A stretch of DNA of 63,276 bases, the filler included, from Octopus bimaculoides (taxonomy: Eukaryota), in the NCBI RefSeq assembly GCF_001194135.2. It is 7 parts of 6 records of this genome, joined end to end, with 100 filler letters (N's around TTAATTAATTAA, not from the genome) between each part and the next. Parts side by side here need not be neighbours in the genome. Positions count along the whole stretch, not along the records: positions 1 to 15,845 come from NC_068986.1; 6 more parts are not named here. One strand, written 5' to 3'. Both the position numbers and the translations under genes were made by a program. The first letter of the stretch is position 1. Every line of letters begins with the position of its first letter. Under the pieces are notes generated by a model. It did not search any database, was not told where the DNA came from, and saw only the letters and a list, made by a program, of their open reading frames with translations. Shown piece by piece: positions 1 to 15,276 of the stretch.

Positions 1-609
1 ACCGCAAATTAAATTTGTATACACAAATTAAATCTTGCCATGGAGGAATGTTGTGGCGGACAAAAAACAATACAGGAAAACAAACAGAAAAGGCTTTACG
101 GCCAGACGAGAAAATTTGTTTGTGTGTGAACGCTGTGAGGCACGAACTTGAAAGTAGGGACGAAATGGTTCGTGTGTTTGCTCGGCGACAGCCAAGGAAG
201 AAAAGGATTATTGACCGGAAGCATGTGACCATGCCGGTGTAAGGGAAAGAGAGAGAGTGGTAGGGGGAGAAACAAAGGGAGGAAGTAGAAGAATAGGTGA
301 GCAACGAGAGGAAAAGAGATACCCATTATCGAATAAGCATGGCACTTCGTAATAATCGTTGTTATTATTAATATTGTTGATATCATATACTCCAGGAAGC
401 TTATATAGTTAAGGTAATATATTCAGAATTATCCAACGGAATATAACTCTAAATTTTTATCTTATGAGAATATTATTGGATTAATATATTAACTGTTGAA
501 TAACCTATTTTGAATACCAAACTGAGAGGAAGATGGTAAACGTTTGGTAATGCCATAGTATCTAGAAATAATATATATGTGCATGTGTGTGCGTGTGTAT
601 GTGCAAGTG

Positions 610-654
<45 letters not shown>

Positions 655-2044
655 TCATACACACATACGCACTCATACACACACACACACACAAACACAC
701 AAACACGTGTATGTAATTATCCTTTTACCTTGCAATATTTTCGTATTCCAGTGCTAAAATCCATAGGTGTTATTCAAAATTCTATATATTCCCAGTAATT
801 TAAGGAGTGCAGTTAAGAGACGTTTCTCACAATCACAGAAAGATTTTTTTTTTCTCGTTTTACTGAGATGAACCCTATATACCCGTATATACCCTATATA
901 CCCGTATTGTTCTTGCAATCTCATTCAGATTTGTCTTCCTGTTTCCTCAAGTTAACCGAGACATAACAAATTGGAAAATGCAAAGAGAAAAAGAATAGGA
1001 AGAACAGAAGAACGAAATAGCTTTTTAGCTAAATTCATATTATTGACTTGTAAATTTTACTACTAACATGAAAAGTGTCCTAAAATAGTTGTTTCACTAA
1101 AATTACTCACTAAAAAAAATAATGTTGATGGTTGAGAGCTGTCAAGGGGAAATTCGTGAAAAAAATAGATAGAAATGAATTTCCGCCCCCACCATCTTCC
1201 ACTGAGACAATAAAGAGAGAAGTTCGTTTACTTTCTAAGTGAATGACTAGTCAGTGATGGAAAATGATGTTGATTTTATTTTTATACATATTATGTGATT
1301 TTTTTTTTTCGCTTTTTGCTAATTTACGTTTATTTGTTGTGTATTTTTTCTCTTTAAATTATGTCTACGAATATAAGAGAATTTGTCAAAATAATTCATT
1401 TTTTATTTACTTTATTGTTTCTCCAAAATTAGATGCTTATTCGAAAAGCTACAGTTAGAGTTTTCTAGCAAATCATTATTCAAAATTATTGAAAACTATC
1501 TCAGTGAATATGTAACTATGCATATGACGTTAGCAGAAAGAAATGGCAAATCTTAGGCTAAAGAGACCTTATTTCATAAAAGCTTATTTTGCAAATGCAT
1601 CAACTGTAATATTATCCACGTTTTTGCTTTCTCGCAATAAACTTTATCAAACAGATTTTAATCAATTCCCATGTAAAATATTTATAAGGTACATAAACTA
1701 TTTTAGACTATGCTAAGCGTGTGTTCTTGTGTAATGTCAATCTTTTAACCATCACTTATGATCTGAGCTGTGTTGAGTTGGTGTTCTCCGGCAGAAAGTA
1801 AAGAACAAAATTGACTGGAAATACGAGGTTTTTACGTAACGTAGATGTATATAGGCTTACCAGTTTTGGCTTACAACTCTTGTTGTTTTAAGAATAAAAC
1901 AAAACCATGCGCTGCGATTCGATATCCTAAAAATACATATCAGTATATTCCAACTAAATACACCCTTTAACAAAATAGCCACTAATATATTACGTAGTAT
2001 TTTTGCAACTAATATATATATATGGAATGTATGGAGTATACAGT

Positions 2045-2081
<37 letters not shown>

Positions 2082-2699
2082 AAATATATGCCCTTAAGTA
2101 TAATTATATATATATATATATATATAAACATTTAGACGCAAATTGAGGAAGGTGCTACTGTGTTACTGAATAGTGTAAGCAAAACCTCTTAATGATTCAA
2201 AACTTGCCCTTACATTGGACAAAGAATACCAAAATGTGGCAGCATTTGTTAGCAACTCTCAAATCACAGGGGAGATAATTTTAAGAAAATATGATTAAAT
2301 TTCTCTGGTTTTCAAAATGTCAGAGTTAGTGGAATATTTTGTTAGTATTAGAACTCACCACCGGAATAAATCATCGGAAAATATAAGATCTTGTAGAATA
2401 TACTTCAACTGGAGTTAGATCGATCATCATTCGAATACTTTGATAATATTTCCGCCCGAATAAAACCAACCCGTGCCTAAGCAGCGGTGCCATTTGCCTG
2501 ATTGTAAGTTTGTTAATTAAGATATTTGGGAAGGTCAGTTCTTTTCTGTCGTTAATGGCAGATGCCCAGGAAGAATGTGATGTCACTAATAATTTATAAA
2601 TGATTTTACTACATCGCTGGTAGGAATACAAATTCAAACTTAAAAAATATAAGACATATTCTGTTATTATTATTATATACACAGTTCATACTGCTTATT

Positions 2700-3362
2700 G
2701 TTTGTTGTTGGAACTCCGTCGCTTACGACGTCGAGGGTTCCAGTTGATCCGATCAACGGAACAGCCTGCTCGTGAAATTAACGTGCAAGTGGCTGAGCAC
2801 TCCACAGACATGTATACCCTTAACGTAGTTCTCGGGGATATTCAGCGTGACACAGTGTGACAAGGCTGACCCTTTGAATTACAGGCACAACAGAAACAGG
2901 AAGTAAGAGTGAGAGAAAGTTGTGGTGAAAGAGTACAGCAGGGTTCGCCATCAGCCCCTGCCGGAGCCTCGTGGAGCTTTAGCTGTTTTCGCCCGATCTG
3001 GGAATCGAAACCGCGATCCTATGNNNNNNNNNNGAGGGTTCCAGTTGATCCGATCAACGGAACAGCCTGCTCGTGAAATTAACGTGCAAGTGGCTGAGCA
3101 CTCCACAGACATGTATACCCTTAACGTAGTTCTCGGGGATATTCAGCGTGACACAGTGTGACAAGGCTGACCCTTTGAATTACAGGCACAACAGAAACAG
3201 GAAGTAAGAGTGAGAGAAAGTTGTGGTGAAAGAGTACAGCAGGGTTCGCCATCAGCCCCTGCCGGAGCCTCGTGGAGCTTTAGCTGTTTTCGCCCGATCT
3301 GGGAATCGAAACCGCGATCCTATGACCGCGAGTCCGCTGCCCTAACCATTAGGCCATAGCAC
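2700..3362 (-). mobile_element. tRNA-derived SINE family D (duplicated across a 10-N gap)
   Basis: Minus-strand head gctatggcctaatggttagggcagcggactcgcggtcataggatcgcggtttcgattccc has A/B boxes. The body is shared with 39855-40135. Confidence 0.8.
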
Positions 3363-3470
3363 CTCCACCATATTGCGTATACATAGAGAGAAACACAAAC
3401 ACACACACACACACACAAACACAAACACAAGCACACACATACATACATACACCTATATAGAAACAGACAC

Positions 3471-3563
<93 letters not shown>

Positions 3564-4337
3564 GTAAAATAGATTCTTGATTCATTGATATAGGTACATA
3601 AATAGACAGATTTGTGTGACTATTGGTATCTGTGTATATATGTATGTATTTATGTATGTATGTATGTATGTATGTATGTATGTATGTATGTATGTGGACT
3701 TTTAGTCGAAAACGTCGACTCCAATACTTTTTTACTTGAATCCTTGTACATATTCTGACTATTTTTACCGAACCCCTAATGTATGTAAACGAACCAACAC
3801 CAGGGGTAGAGCAGTGCTTGTGTGTTTACGTCCCCGTAACGTAGCGGTTCGGCAAAAAGAGACCGATAGAATAAGTACTAGGCTTACAAATAATAAGTCC
3901 TGAGGTCGATTTTCTCGACTAAAGGCGCTGCTCCAGCATGGCCGCAGTCAAATGACTGAAACAAATAAAAGAGTAAAAGAGAGTAAAGAGTATATGCATA
4001 TCAGTATATGCAATATCAGTGAAGAATGCCACTGGAAAAGAAGATATAAGATTTGCCAGGTTTTTCTCTCTCACCAAGGTCATCAGCTGTCGAACGCCGA
4101 CGAAGGGAAATAACCCTGAAATCCGGATACGTTCGTGCTGCTGGCCGTGGTGAGAGGGATAACTCCCTTGGCAAACAGGACACAGTCGTGTGTCGATAAG
4201 CCAGCTGGAGGAGATGTCCTCCTGGGGCTAAAAGCAACAGTAACATCCACCCCTAGGGGTCAGCCACACTTAAGTGGCAATATACTACACTTTATCGTGC
4301 AGTTACTGTTAATACTTCATTTAGAGAATTAACATTG

Positions 4338-4380
<43 letters not shown>

Positions 4381-6970
4381 ATAAGTATGTATGCGTGTAT
4401 GTCTGTATGTACATGTGTATGCATGTGTGTGTGAGTGTGTCCATGTGTGTGAATGTGTATGTGTAGGTGTGTGTGACTTTTTGCTTGTGTATGTTTATGT
4501 ATCTGTGTGAATACTTATTAGGTTAGGAATACTTGACTGCTGTTATTGAGAAAGTAGTTGAAAATCATAGAACGGCCATTGTATAGACGAAATGAAATGA
4601 TTTCACGCTGCAAACCTGAAACTGTTAAGCAAGTCAATTCTTCACAATAAACTACTTAATTAACCAGGAAACGGTTTTTCCTGCTGGCAAGATGAGTTTA
4701 ACTTTTGGCCTGAAGCTACGCCTGAAGCAAGATTCTAATTATCAAAATTAGTTCACGAACTACAGTGATTGGGGGGGGGGGAAGGAAATAATGCGTTCCT
4801 TCGTAGTTTTATCGATGAATTGAATTACAACTTTCTAGTCACTTATTTTGGGAGGTCAATTTTTCTTCATCGATTGTTGAAATTAATAAGACAGATATAT
4901 TCCGTCTTAAGAGAGAGAAATTGCTTACTTAAAAATAAAAATATAAAATTCTGGGTTGTTAAAGTTACCTACGCCACTAATCTCCTTATGACCATGCTGA
5001 TGATAGTGATGAGCAAGAGGAGGAGGAGAAGAGGAGAATGGCAATCACGACGATGTTGATGAAGTCAATGCGGTTAGCATAGGTAGGGTGTGAAATTCTT
5101 GATTGTGGTTTGGGGAGGAAATCGGTCAGGTCCCTGTTATTTTCCGTTCCTCTGTAAAATTCATATTAGAGCTGAAATATATTCATTAGTTTTCTATTGT
5201 GTACACTTAGGTAATAATCTAAATAATGCTTGTTCATACTACACGATGTATGAGTATATGAATATCAATTTTTGAATATACCATAAATAAAGGACGTTTT
5301 ACCTTCTCATACAATCCTTATTACCTATGTTTTAGAACTTTCGTTACATGATTAATAGAAACTCAGTTAATGTATATTTTTCGTATTATCATAAAAGATA
5401 ATTTGATTTATTTTCTTTATGAAATTGTTATCGTCAAAGACATTGTAAACATAGGAATTTAAATTGGACTATAAAATTCAATGTGTGTTCTTCAGTCGTA
5501 AATTTTATTTGAGAATGATTTACATGATATTTCTCTGACTTGAAGCAAATCCCTAAAGGTTACCTTGTTGGCTGTATTTTGTCTAACAATACAAATGGTA
5601 ATATGGAAGTTGGAACATGCTATGTGAAAGTCCGACTACTTAACATGGCACAGGGCTAATACGAAATCAACATTTGATTACACTTTTACTCTTTTACTTG
5701 TTTCAGTCATTTGTCTGTGGCCATGCTGGAGCACTGCCTTTAGTCGAGTAAATCGACCGCAAGACTAATTCTATGTAAGCCTAGTACTTATTCTATCGGT
5801 CTCTATTGCCGAACCGCTAATTTACGGGGACATAAACACACCAGCATCTACTATAGCCTCGGCGCAAGGTGAACCCAGAACCATGTAGTTCGTTAGCAAG
5901 CTACTTACCTCACAGCCACTCCTACGCCTATAAAGTGAGTAATGAGAATACATGCCACATTTCGGGGGAGGGGGCGGGAGCCCCTTCTTCAGCGCTATCT
6001 GAAGTTTATCAAAACAATACACAGCACACAACTTTTCCAAGTTTACTTAGTTGTAAAATCCACAAGTCTATGGAGAACCTTCAAAGTTAAAGAACAGATG
6101 TTTCGGAATCTAATGAAACTTGTTCTAACCTAGCATGCCATAACATCCTTTCTGTTTACAGATTATACACCATGTTACATGGGAAGACTTGGGAAAGGTT
6201 TTCTTCATTTATTTCATGATCCTCCATAATACTCTTATGGTGAAGTGTACGATTATGAAAGACTAAGAGAGATAGAAGAAAAAAAACAAAGAAAAGAATC
6301 GTTCTGAGTACATTACATACACTTAGTATATCCTACCTGGAAGGATTAAAGAAAAACAATTATCTCGGAAAGAATTGAACTCAGAGAGCCGAAACTAATC
6401 AGCTAAGGCTGTAACTTCCCTTCCATTCGAAGCAATGATAAGTAGAGCTATATTAATTCTAGAATGTATCTGAATGCACTAGTCTACCAAATACCACAGC
6501 TTAATTATCAGATAAACTTTCCGATTATTTTCTCTATATGAAAGTCTAATTTTAATCAACAAAGTAGGTTATGCTGGAAAGCACATTAAGTTGAATAAAT
6601 GAAATGCTGCTTTAGAAACTTTGTCTTAATATACTTTTGGAGGAAAAGCCGCCAGTAATAAGTGTAAGATGCTGATCTTCTGTTAATAGTGTTGAAGACT
6701 ACAAATAATCTCCTTTTGCAAACGTTTAAATGTTAATTTGGACACAGTTGAAAGAAATATTTATCCTACGAAAGAAAATAGTTGACGAATTAAGTATTTT
6801 TGCCATTAAGACATCGGATTAGTGCGATGTTACAAACTCTCTATAAACCTGATATATATAATAGCACACAGCTGATGTAGATATATGTGTATGTATTTTT
6901 TTAATGTGTATATATATATGGTGTATATGTATTTTATTATGTGTGTATGTATGTATATATGTATATACAA

Positions 6971-7019
<49 letters not shown>

Positions 7020-7990
7020 TATATATATATATATATANNNNNNNNNNNNNNNNNNNNNNNNNNNNNNNNNNNNNNNNNNNNNNNNNNNNNNNNNNNNNNN
7101 NNNNNNNNNNNNNNNNNNNNNNNNNNNNNNNNNNNNNNNNNNNNNNNNNNNNNNNNNNNNNNNNNNNNNNNNNNNNNNNNNNNNNNNNNNNNNNNNNNNN
7201 NNNNNNNNNNNNNNNNNNNNNNNNNNNNNNNNNNNNNNNNNNNNNNNNNNNNNNNNNNNNNNNNNNNNNNNNNNNNNNNNNNNNNNNNNNNNNNNNNNNN
7301 NNNNNNNNNNNNNNNNNNNNNNNNNNNNNNNNNNNNNNNNNNNNNNNNNNNNNNNNNNNNNNNNNNNNNNNNNNNNNNNNNNNNNNNNNNNNNNNNNNNN
7401 NNNNNNNNNNNNNNNNNNNNNNNNNNNNNNNNNNNNNNNNNNNNNNNNNNNNNNNNNNNNNNNNNNNNNNNNNNNNNNNNNNNNNNNNNNNNNNNNNNNN
7501 NNNNNNNNNNNNNNNNNNNNNNNNNNNNNNNNNNNNNNNNNNNNNNNNNNNNNNNNNNNNNNNNNNNNNNNNNNNNNNNNNNNNNNNNNNNNNNNNNNNN
7601 NNNNNNNNNNNNNNNNNNNNNNNNNNNNNNNNNNNNNNNNNNNNNNNNNNNNNNNNNNNNNNNNNNNNNNNNNNNNNNNNNNNNNNNNNNNNNNNNNNNN
7701 NNNNNNNNNNNNNNNNNNNNNNNNNNNNNNNNNNNNNNNNNNNNNNNNNNNNNNNNNNNNNNNNNNNNNNNNNNNNNNNNNNNNNNNNNNNNNNNNNNNN
7801 NNNNNNNNNNNNNNNNNNNNNNNNNNNNNNNNNNNNNNNNNNNNNNNNNNNNNNNNNNNNNNNNNNNNNNNNNNNNNNNNNNNNNNNNNNNNNNNNNNNN
7901 NNNNNNNNNNNNNNNNNNNNNNNNNNNNNNNNNNNNNNNNNNNNNNNNNNNNNNNNNNNNNNNNNNNNNNNNNNNNNNNNNNNNNNNNNN

Positions 7991-8028
<38 letters not shown>

Positions 8029-8666
8029 CAACTTTCATGAACAACAATAGTATATTGGCATAGAAGGTTGTAGGTTTTACCAATATGAAGTTCAATAAGT
8101 TGAAAAAAGTTATTTTATAGTTCATGGGGAGCATCTAGGGTTGCTATGAATGTGAATAAAAATCCAAATTGAAGGAATGAAAACAATAAATTGTTTTATT
8201 TTGGTTTTGATGTATGTATAGAATTTATTTTTCTTTGTCCGTATAGAGCTGGCTTCGTTTTTCGATTTTTTTTTATATGTATCGATATGTATATATAAGT
8301 GAGTGAATGAATAATGTAGTGTATATGAAGATATAGCGTATTATCTTGTTTAATTTGTTGCTTTGGTTTCTTTTTTCGTATTTGGGATGTTTCGTTTGTA
8401 TTGTATAACTTTTGTTCTATGTGTGTATCTAAATTGATTTTTCGTTGACCGTATTGAGTTGGTTTCGTTTTTCGATTTGTCTCTATAAACTGAAAAATAG
8501 TTGCCTCCACTCTATTTAAATAAACTGCAAGTGGGATTCATATTATAAACTGATTTATTTGGATATAAAGTCTTTTATTTAGATTTGAATTAATATATCA
8601 AACAATGTTTTGCAATAAAAATATATATACATGTGTGTATGAATTGTATATGTATGCATATTGTAA

Positions 8667-8716
<50 letters not shown>

Positions 8717-9612
8717 TATATATAAGTAAACTTGTGTATGTGAATATGCATGTGTGTATACGTACGTTTGTATGTATATATACATAAATGGATAGGTGTA
8801 TGTGTGTATATATAAATATGTATATATGAACCTGTGTATCATGCAACAGAATCGGTTATGGAACTGGATACTAATAGATTTAAATTTAGGAATTTACGTA
8901 ATTTTAGACATATTATTTATTTATGATTAAGCTCTCAAAAAGCGTGTTGCATGTTTTTTTAAGCGTTAGCAGTTATCAAATTTCATTTGCTATTTTTCGT
9001 GAAATATTGAAGAAGATATGTCGATCTGATGAAACCTCATCATATATTTAAACGGGATTTTATTATTCTTAAAAAACTTGGTCTTATTAATGATGCGGAA
9101 ACAGCTGTAAATTTATGAGATGTCATTTGCTTGTATAAAATATTTAAGTTGATTTGAATTTAATATTGCTCAATTTATTGTTTTGATTTCCATTTCGTAT
9201 TTATAAATATATGAATATATAAATACATATAAATCATAAATGTACCTGTATGGGATCTTTTGCGGTTGTATATCCATATTAGAAATCAATGAATATATTT
9301 AAATATGCACAAGGTGAATGAAAAGCGGTAATCCAAATAGATGATATTGTGGAATAAGATGATTTTAAAGAAAATATTTAACAGGTACAAAGTCTGACGG
9401 CCGTTTCGAGAATATGTAGGTTGAGATAGGTGACTTATTTATAGGCGCAGGGGTGGTAAGTAGCTTGCCTACCAACCGCATGGTTCCAGGTTCAGTCCCA
9501 CTGTGTGACATCTTGGGCATGTGTCTTCTACTATAGCCTCGCGCCAGCCAAAGCCTTGCCAGTGGATTTGGTAGACGGAAACTGAAAGAAGCCCGTCGTA
9601 TATATATATATG

Positions 9613-9655
<43 letters not shown>

Positions 9656-10259
9656 NNNNNNNNNNNNNNNNNNNNNNNNNNNNNNNNNNNNNNNNNNNNN
9701 NNNNNNNNNNNNNNNNNNNNNNNNNNNNNNNNNNNNNNNNNNNNNNNNNNNNNNNNNNNNNNNNNNNNNNNNNNNNNNNNNNNNNNNNNNNNNNNNNNNN
9801 NNNNNNNNNNNNNNNNNNNNNNNNNNNNNNNNNNNNNNNNNNNNNNNNNNNNNNNNNNNNNNNNNNNNNNNNNNNNNNNNNNNNNNNNNNNNNNNNNNNN
9901 NNNNNNNNNNNNNNNNNNNNNNNNNNNNNNNNNNNNNNNNNNNNNNNNNNNNNNNNNNNNNNNNNNNNNNNNNNNNNNNNNNNNNNNNNNNNNNNNNNNN
10001 NNNNNNNNNNNNNNNNNNNNNNNNNNNNNNNNNNNNNNNNNNNNNNNNNNNNNNNNNNNNNNNNNNNNNNNNNNNNNNNNNNNNNNNNNNNNNNNNNNNN
10101 NNNNNNNNNNNNNNNNNNNNNNNNNNNNNNNNNNNNNNNNNNNNNNNNNNNNNNNNNNNNNNNNNNNNNNNNNNNNNNNNNNNNNNNNNNNNNNNNNNNN
10201 NNNNNNNNNNNNNNNNNNNNNNNNNNNNNNNNNNNNNNNNNNNNNNNNNNNNNNNNNNN

Positions 10260-10291
<32 letters not shown>

Positions 10292-11472
10292 TATATATGC
10301 AACTTCCGCATAATTCTTGTCATTCAGGTTCATTCGCAAAATAATTGTCGGCTTGACGCTAAGGAAACAATTCTCTAATGCGTGACGCCCTGACCGAAAT
10401 CGAAACATTGATCAAAATGTATAAGATTACTATTGATACTGTTTCTATTGTTTTATTTGTTTCAATAACTGATATGCTGTCATGCTAGGGCCCTCGTCCA
10501 GTTGTTTTCTCTGTATTGTTGTTTATATGGCAGTGAGTCGGTGGAATCATTTGAGCATTCCAGGGAATGCTTTGTTTCTACTTGATCATTACGTTCTGGT
10601 TTCAAATCACGCCGGGGCCAAACATTGCCTTTCATCATTAGGAGTTCATAAAATAAACTATCGGTCAGGTACTATCATCGCTGGTCAATTTACTGCCTCC
10701 ATTTAGAATTTTTCGCTTGTTCACAAATCAGTATCCATTATAGTAATACGTTGTGACAAACTCCACAAGCCCATGATTTGAGTTTCATTTTCAGCTGAAA
10801 CGCCAAGCAAATTTCAATTAACGATTAAACTAATTTGCATATTAATACCCCACTGCCATCATTATGGATGTCATCAATGTTACAGTCTTTTATCACCTTC
10901 TGCTGTCAACTGTGTAAAGAACATATAAACTGAAATCAGAGAAAGCTAGTTATATGATGTGTCCACAGAAACTTGTCTGTAGAAATATTCAAATATTCAT
11001 GAGGATTCCTCGTCTTGGAGGACTAAAGATTCTTACATTCTTGACTGTAGTATCTTCAAGCGAAAACACTATGGAGTGGTTGTTGTTACTTTAAACTATA
11101 AGATATTGCATATCTGACTCTTTAATTAACTATCTCTTAACTAGGTGAAGGATACCGAGCGACAAAATCATTTCGTTGCATATGTCACGTTGTGACGAGT
11201 TCGAAGCGTAGCATATAGAAACAGTATATTCTTTGAATCCTCGCAGCAAGTGAACCATTCTTTTTCCAAGAATTCTTCATAGAACGCTATATTAATACTT
11301 CATTGATAAAAAAAATATTGCTGCATTCTTAGTTGGAGTATATATATTAGTTCTCTCTTCTATTCTTCCATATTTTTTCAGTCACCGGACAGTGCCCATG
11401 CTAAGGCACTCTCTCCAATTGTTTTTCCCTTTTATTTTAATGTTTGTATGACGGCATGGTGGCAGAATCATT

Positions 11473-11572
<100 letters not shown>

Positions 11573-12309
11573 TATGCATAGACACAAACGTACATACATA
11601 CATATATACAGCTACATATAAAACCTAGTTAAATATTTGAAATGTCTTTGATAGGAGGACAGCAAAATAAATAGTTGCTATAGCCAACATTTTCAAACAT
11701 CGAGAATTTCATTGTTGTTCTTATCAACGGTAAACTAGTGATCAGTTATTGATTTTTATATAATATTATTACAAGTAAAAATTTAATTTGTTTTCTTTAG
11801 TCGTTAATACACAATTCTTACTCGAATTTCTTGTGGCATTTTGTCGGGATGTTGTTCCTTCATGACATCTTATTCTGTACTTGTTTCTACTTTCGCATTT
11901 GCTGTTGTAGTAAACCGATGCTACTTTTTGTTAATACACGTAATAATGTTCTAACAATGGCCTTCACTTGCGTGCTTTCAAACTTGGAGATGGAAAACAC
12001 AAAGAGACAACAACATTCCTCTATTATTCTCCAATACAATAGATGATGAATAAAAGTATGGATGCAATTTTGTCAATATCCTGTTGTTTTTATGTTTGTT
12101 TATATTTTTAAGTACTATATGTATGTGTATTTATCTACATGTGTGTGTGCATGTGGTGTATGTTTGCGTTTTGTGCAACTTCTCTATTGAAACGCCTCCA
12201 AAACAAAGTGTTGACTCTTGTGTACATTTCCTATAGAGTGTACAAAACAAAACGTGTTTCATGAGTACATGTAAGCATATATATATATATATCCACATAT
12301 ATGTATACA

Positions 12310-12370
<61 letters not shown>

Positions 12371-12555
12371 GTATGTATATAAATATATGTATATATGTAT
12401 GTATGCATGTGGGTGTGTATGTATGTGTTGATATCAATGTATTTATCTAATTGCTCTTATATATGTACGTATGTTTAAATGCTCATAGATACAACGCTGG
12501 ATACGGGCGCTCACTGCATGTGTAGGTTGTAATGCTTCTTTTTTTTTTAATGTAG

Positions 12556-12618
12556 CTCTGAATTTTCATCCGATTCAACGTTGGGATAAGACATTACCGG
12601 TGAAACATCGAGGCGACA
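12556..12618 (+). CDS. Candidate upstream exon of the WSC gene
   Basis: cttcttttttttttaatgtag|CT ... GAC A|gtaaac. A 63-nt phase 1-1 open exon (LNFHPIQRWDKTLPVKHRGD) compatible with 17240. No recognisable domain. Confidence 0.3.
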
Positions 12619-12760
12619 GTAAACACAATACAACACACACACACACATATACATACATATGTGTGTGTGTAAGTGTGTGTGAGTGGTGTATGGATGGATG
12701 GATATATCTGTGTATACGAGTACGTGTTTGAATGTGTTACACATAAATCACATGAAGTTT

Positions 12761-12825
<65 letters not shown>

Positions 12826-13070
12826 ACACACAGAGAAAGAGAGGGAGTGAGAGAGTGTATTAGTCAGAGAATTTGTATACCCGTAGTTGTCTATCTTGTT
12901 TATATACATTTCACTGGCCAGATTGAGTTAATTCATTTTCTTCATATTTGTTTGCTTCATGGAAAATAACTAAGCAATAAATGAGTTCTTTCTTTCTGTG
13001 TATGTGCATGTTGCATGGGTGCTAGAAATGAGACAGGACACTTGTCGTACTGAGGATGCATATTTTTATT

Positions 13071-13291
13071 TCTTTATTGCCCACAGGGGGCTAACATAGA
13101 GGGAACACACAAGGACAGACAAAGGGATTAAGTCGATTACACCGATCCCAGTGCTTAACTGGTACTTATTCAATCGACGCCGAAAGGATGAAAAGCAATG
13201 TCGACCTCGGCGGGGTTTGAAATCAGAACGGCAGACGAAATACCGCTAAGCATTTCGCCCGGCATGCTAAAGTTTCTGCCAGCTCGCCGCC
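13071..13291 (-). mobile_element. tRNA-derived SINE family A (head GGCGGCGAGCTGGCAGAA)
   Basis: Multi-copy in this window: 25064-25270 (+), 25290-25500 (+), 35275-35490 (+), 49546-49750 (+, CpG-decayed), 55821-55851 (-, head only), 60661-60864 (-). Confidence 0.85.
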
Positions 13292-13532
13292 CAGAGGATG
13301 CATATTGACATAAAATAGGACGATAACTCTCTTTTCCGTTGTTGGCAATAAGCATTTCCTCCTTTAATTTTTCTTAGTAGCATGTCAACTTCGAAGAATT
13401 TTTGATACATGAAACGGGCCAGAATTGCATCTGCTAATTGCGACATTACCTCTAGAGGCGGATATAACTTTAATAAATCTATGAGTTATGTTGTGTATTT
13501 GCATATTACTGAACTTGTATTATGTACGTATA

Positions 13533-13611
<79 letters not shown>

Positions 13612-14106
13612 CACATGGACTCTTCCATCGTTAGGCAATGTATGAAGGTTCGGCAATTTTTTGCTGAACAACAGATGATTTGTTTATAGTGATCAAATTG
13701 GTTTGTGTATACATAGGCTCAATCACTCCATTAAATCGACATTACCTGGTATAGGTGCACCATGTGCCACATGTCAGATGCCGAAATAATCGCAGACTGA
13801 CGTGAAATAAAATGCTTTGCTCAAGAACACAACTTAACGCTCGATCTGGGAATCGAACAAAATATCTCGTAATCGGGAGTGCAACACTCTGACAACTACT
13901 ATATATTTACACACAGACACACACACACACACACAGATACACACACACACACAGAGACACAAATACATATATATGTATGAATGTATATAAATGGATGGAG
14001 CTACAGATTTTATTGCGTAAAAGTACAATTGCTTCAGTAAAAGTACAATTATATCTACCAGCGAAATCACTGCTGAAATAATATATATTAAATATAAATG
14101 TCCATC

Positions 14107-14123
14107 ATTATTATTATTATTAT

Positions 14124-14155
<32 letters not shown>

Positions 14156-14180
14156 TTACTACTACTACTACTACTACTAC

Positions 14181-14228
<48 letters not shown>

Positions 14229-14229
14229 G

Positions 14230-14280
<51 letters not shown>

Positions 14281-14462
14281 TTTATTATCATTTGTTATTA
14301 TTTAAACACTCTTACGTCGAAATAGACGTGAGAGATCATTTTTATCATTTTTATTTCGATCACGGCAACACCGGCATTGGATTGTATCTCTTCAGGTGGG
14401 CATATATTAAATGTTTGATAACTTCTTATATATAACCACCTGCAAAGGCGTAATTCACAATC

Positions 14463-14495
<33 letters not shown>

Positions 14496-14512
14496 AAGAA
14501 GAAGAAGAAGAA

Positions 14513-14543
<31 letters not shown>

Positions 14544-14656
14544 AAGAAGAAGAAGAAGAAGAAGAAGAAGAAGAAGAAGAAGAAGAAGAAGAAGAAGAAG
14601 AAGAAGAAGAAGAAGAAGAAGAAGAAGAAGAAGAAGAAGAAGAAGAAGAAGAAGAA
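14107..14656. repeat. Trinucleotide microsatellite block (ATT/ACT)n, (AAT)n, (GAA)~55
   Basis: Directly visible. It produces the spurious poly-I/T/R/S/F ORFs. Confidence 0.95.
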
Positions 14657-14805
14657 AGTTGGAGCACTTTCAGAAAACAGCACTGCTTGGAACCGCTGGA
14701 ATACTCCGGAAGGTGTTCGAGATATAAGAGGTGCTACCTCACTTCACTGGTAGTGAACAGCTGACACCGAGGTACATCTCCAGAGTTAGAAGCGGTGCAA
14801 AGTCA

Positions 14806-14872
<67 letters not shown>

Positions 14873-14876
14873 TAAT
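14656..14876 (+). mobile_element. 3' end of R4/Dong-like non-LTR retrotransposon with (AAT)n tail
   Basis: Encodes KLEHFQKTALLGTAGILRKVFEI*, typical of the C-terminus of REL-endonuclease LINEs. A short 3' UTR and about 20 AAT units follow. Confidence 0.7.
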
Positions 14877-15276
14877 AGTCATTATGTGCTAATTTATATT
14901 TTATGTCACGCTTCAAGAATGTTTCTGCTAGAGAATCTACTGCTGAAACAATTGTAGGGTTATAGAACAAAAGGTACTGCTCAATCCATTTTCTATTATT
15001 CGTATTTTTGTATAAATTCTAGAGATATCACAAATGTATACAGCCAGTGTTATATCCATCTTAGTGTATGATGGCCAATACCTGTGGACGAGTTTTATAA
15101 AGCAAATTACAAAGCTCATATCTATATTGAATATATATATGGGGGCATAAACTTGTATGTATATATTTGGATGTATGCATGTATGTATATACATAAGTAT
15201 ATACAGAAAGTGAAATATACATAGGGATAGAGGTATTTATTCTTTGGTAGATAATTAGAGTGAGAGAGAGAGAGAG

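Noticed and set aside
2734-3322. Perfect ~290-bp tandem duplication
   Set aside because: Near-identical copies on either side of a 10-N gap indicate an unmerged contig overlap. The same holds at 16391-16534 and about 54049-54214.
3300-3362. tRNA-like cloverleaf with A/B boxes (also 44596-44670)
   Set aside because: It continues into a multicopy SINE body and the acceptor stem is imperfect. It is a SINE head rather than a tRNA gene.
6830-10408. Long ORFs of 244-434 aa in the ORF track
   Set aside because: They are runs of N plus TA/CA microsatellite. The same applies to 27340-28809, 32808-33444, 36812-38463 and similar entries.
10999-11095. MRIPRLGGLKILTFLTVVSSSENT signal-peptide-like ORF as first exon of the WSC gene
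   Set aside because: No convincing phase-1 donor before the stop, so it cannot be supported.
14088-14683. Poly-Ile/Thr/Phe/Ser/Arg ORFs
   Set aside because: Translations of trinucleotide microsatellites with no splice context.
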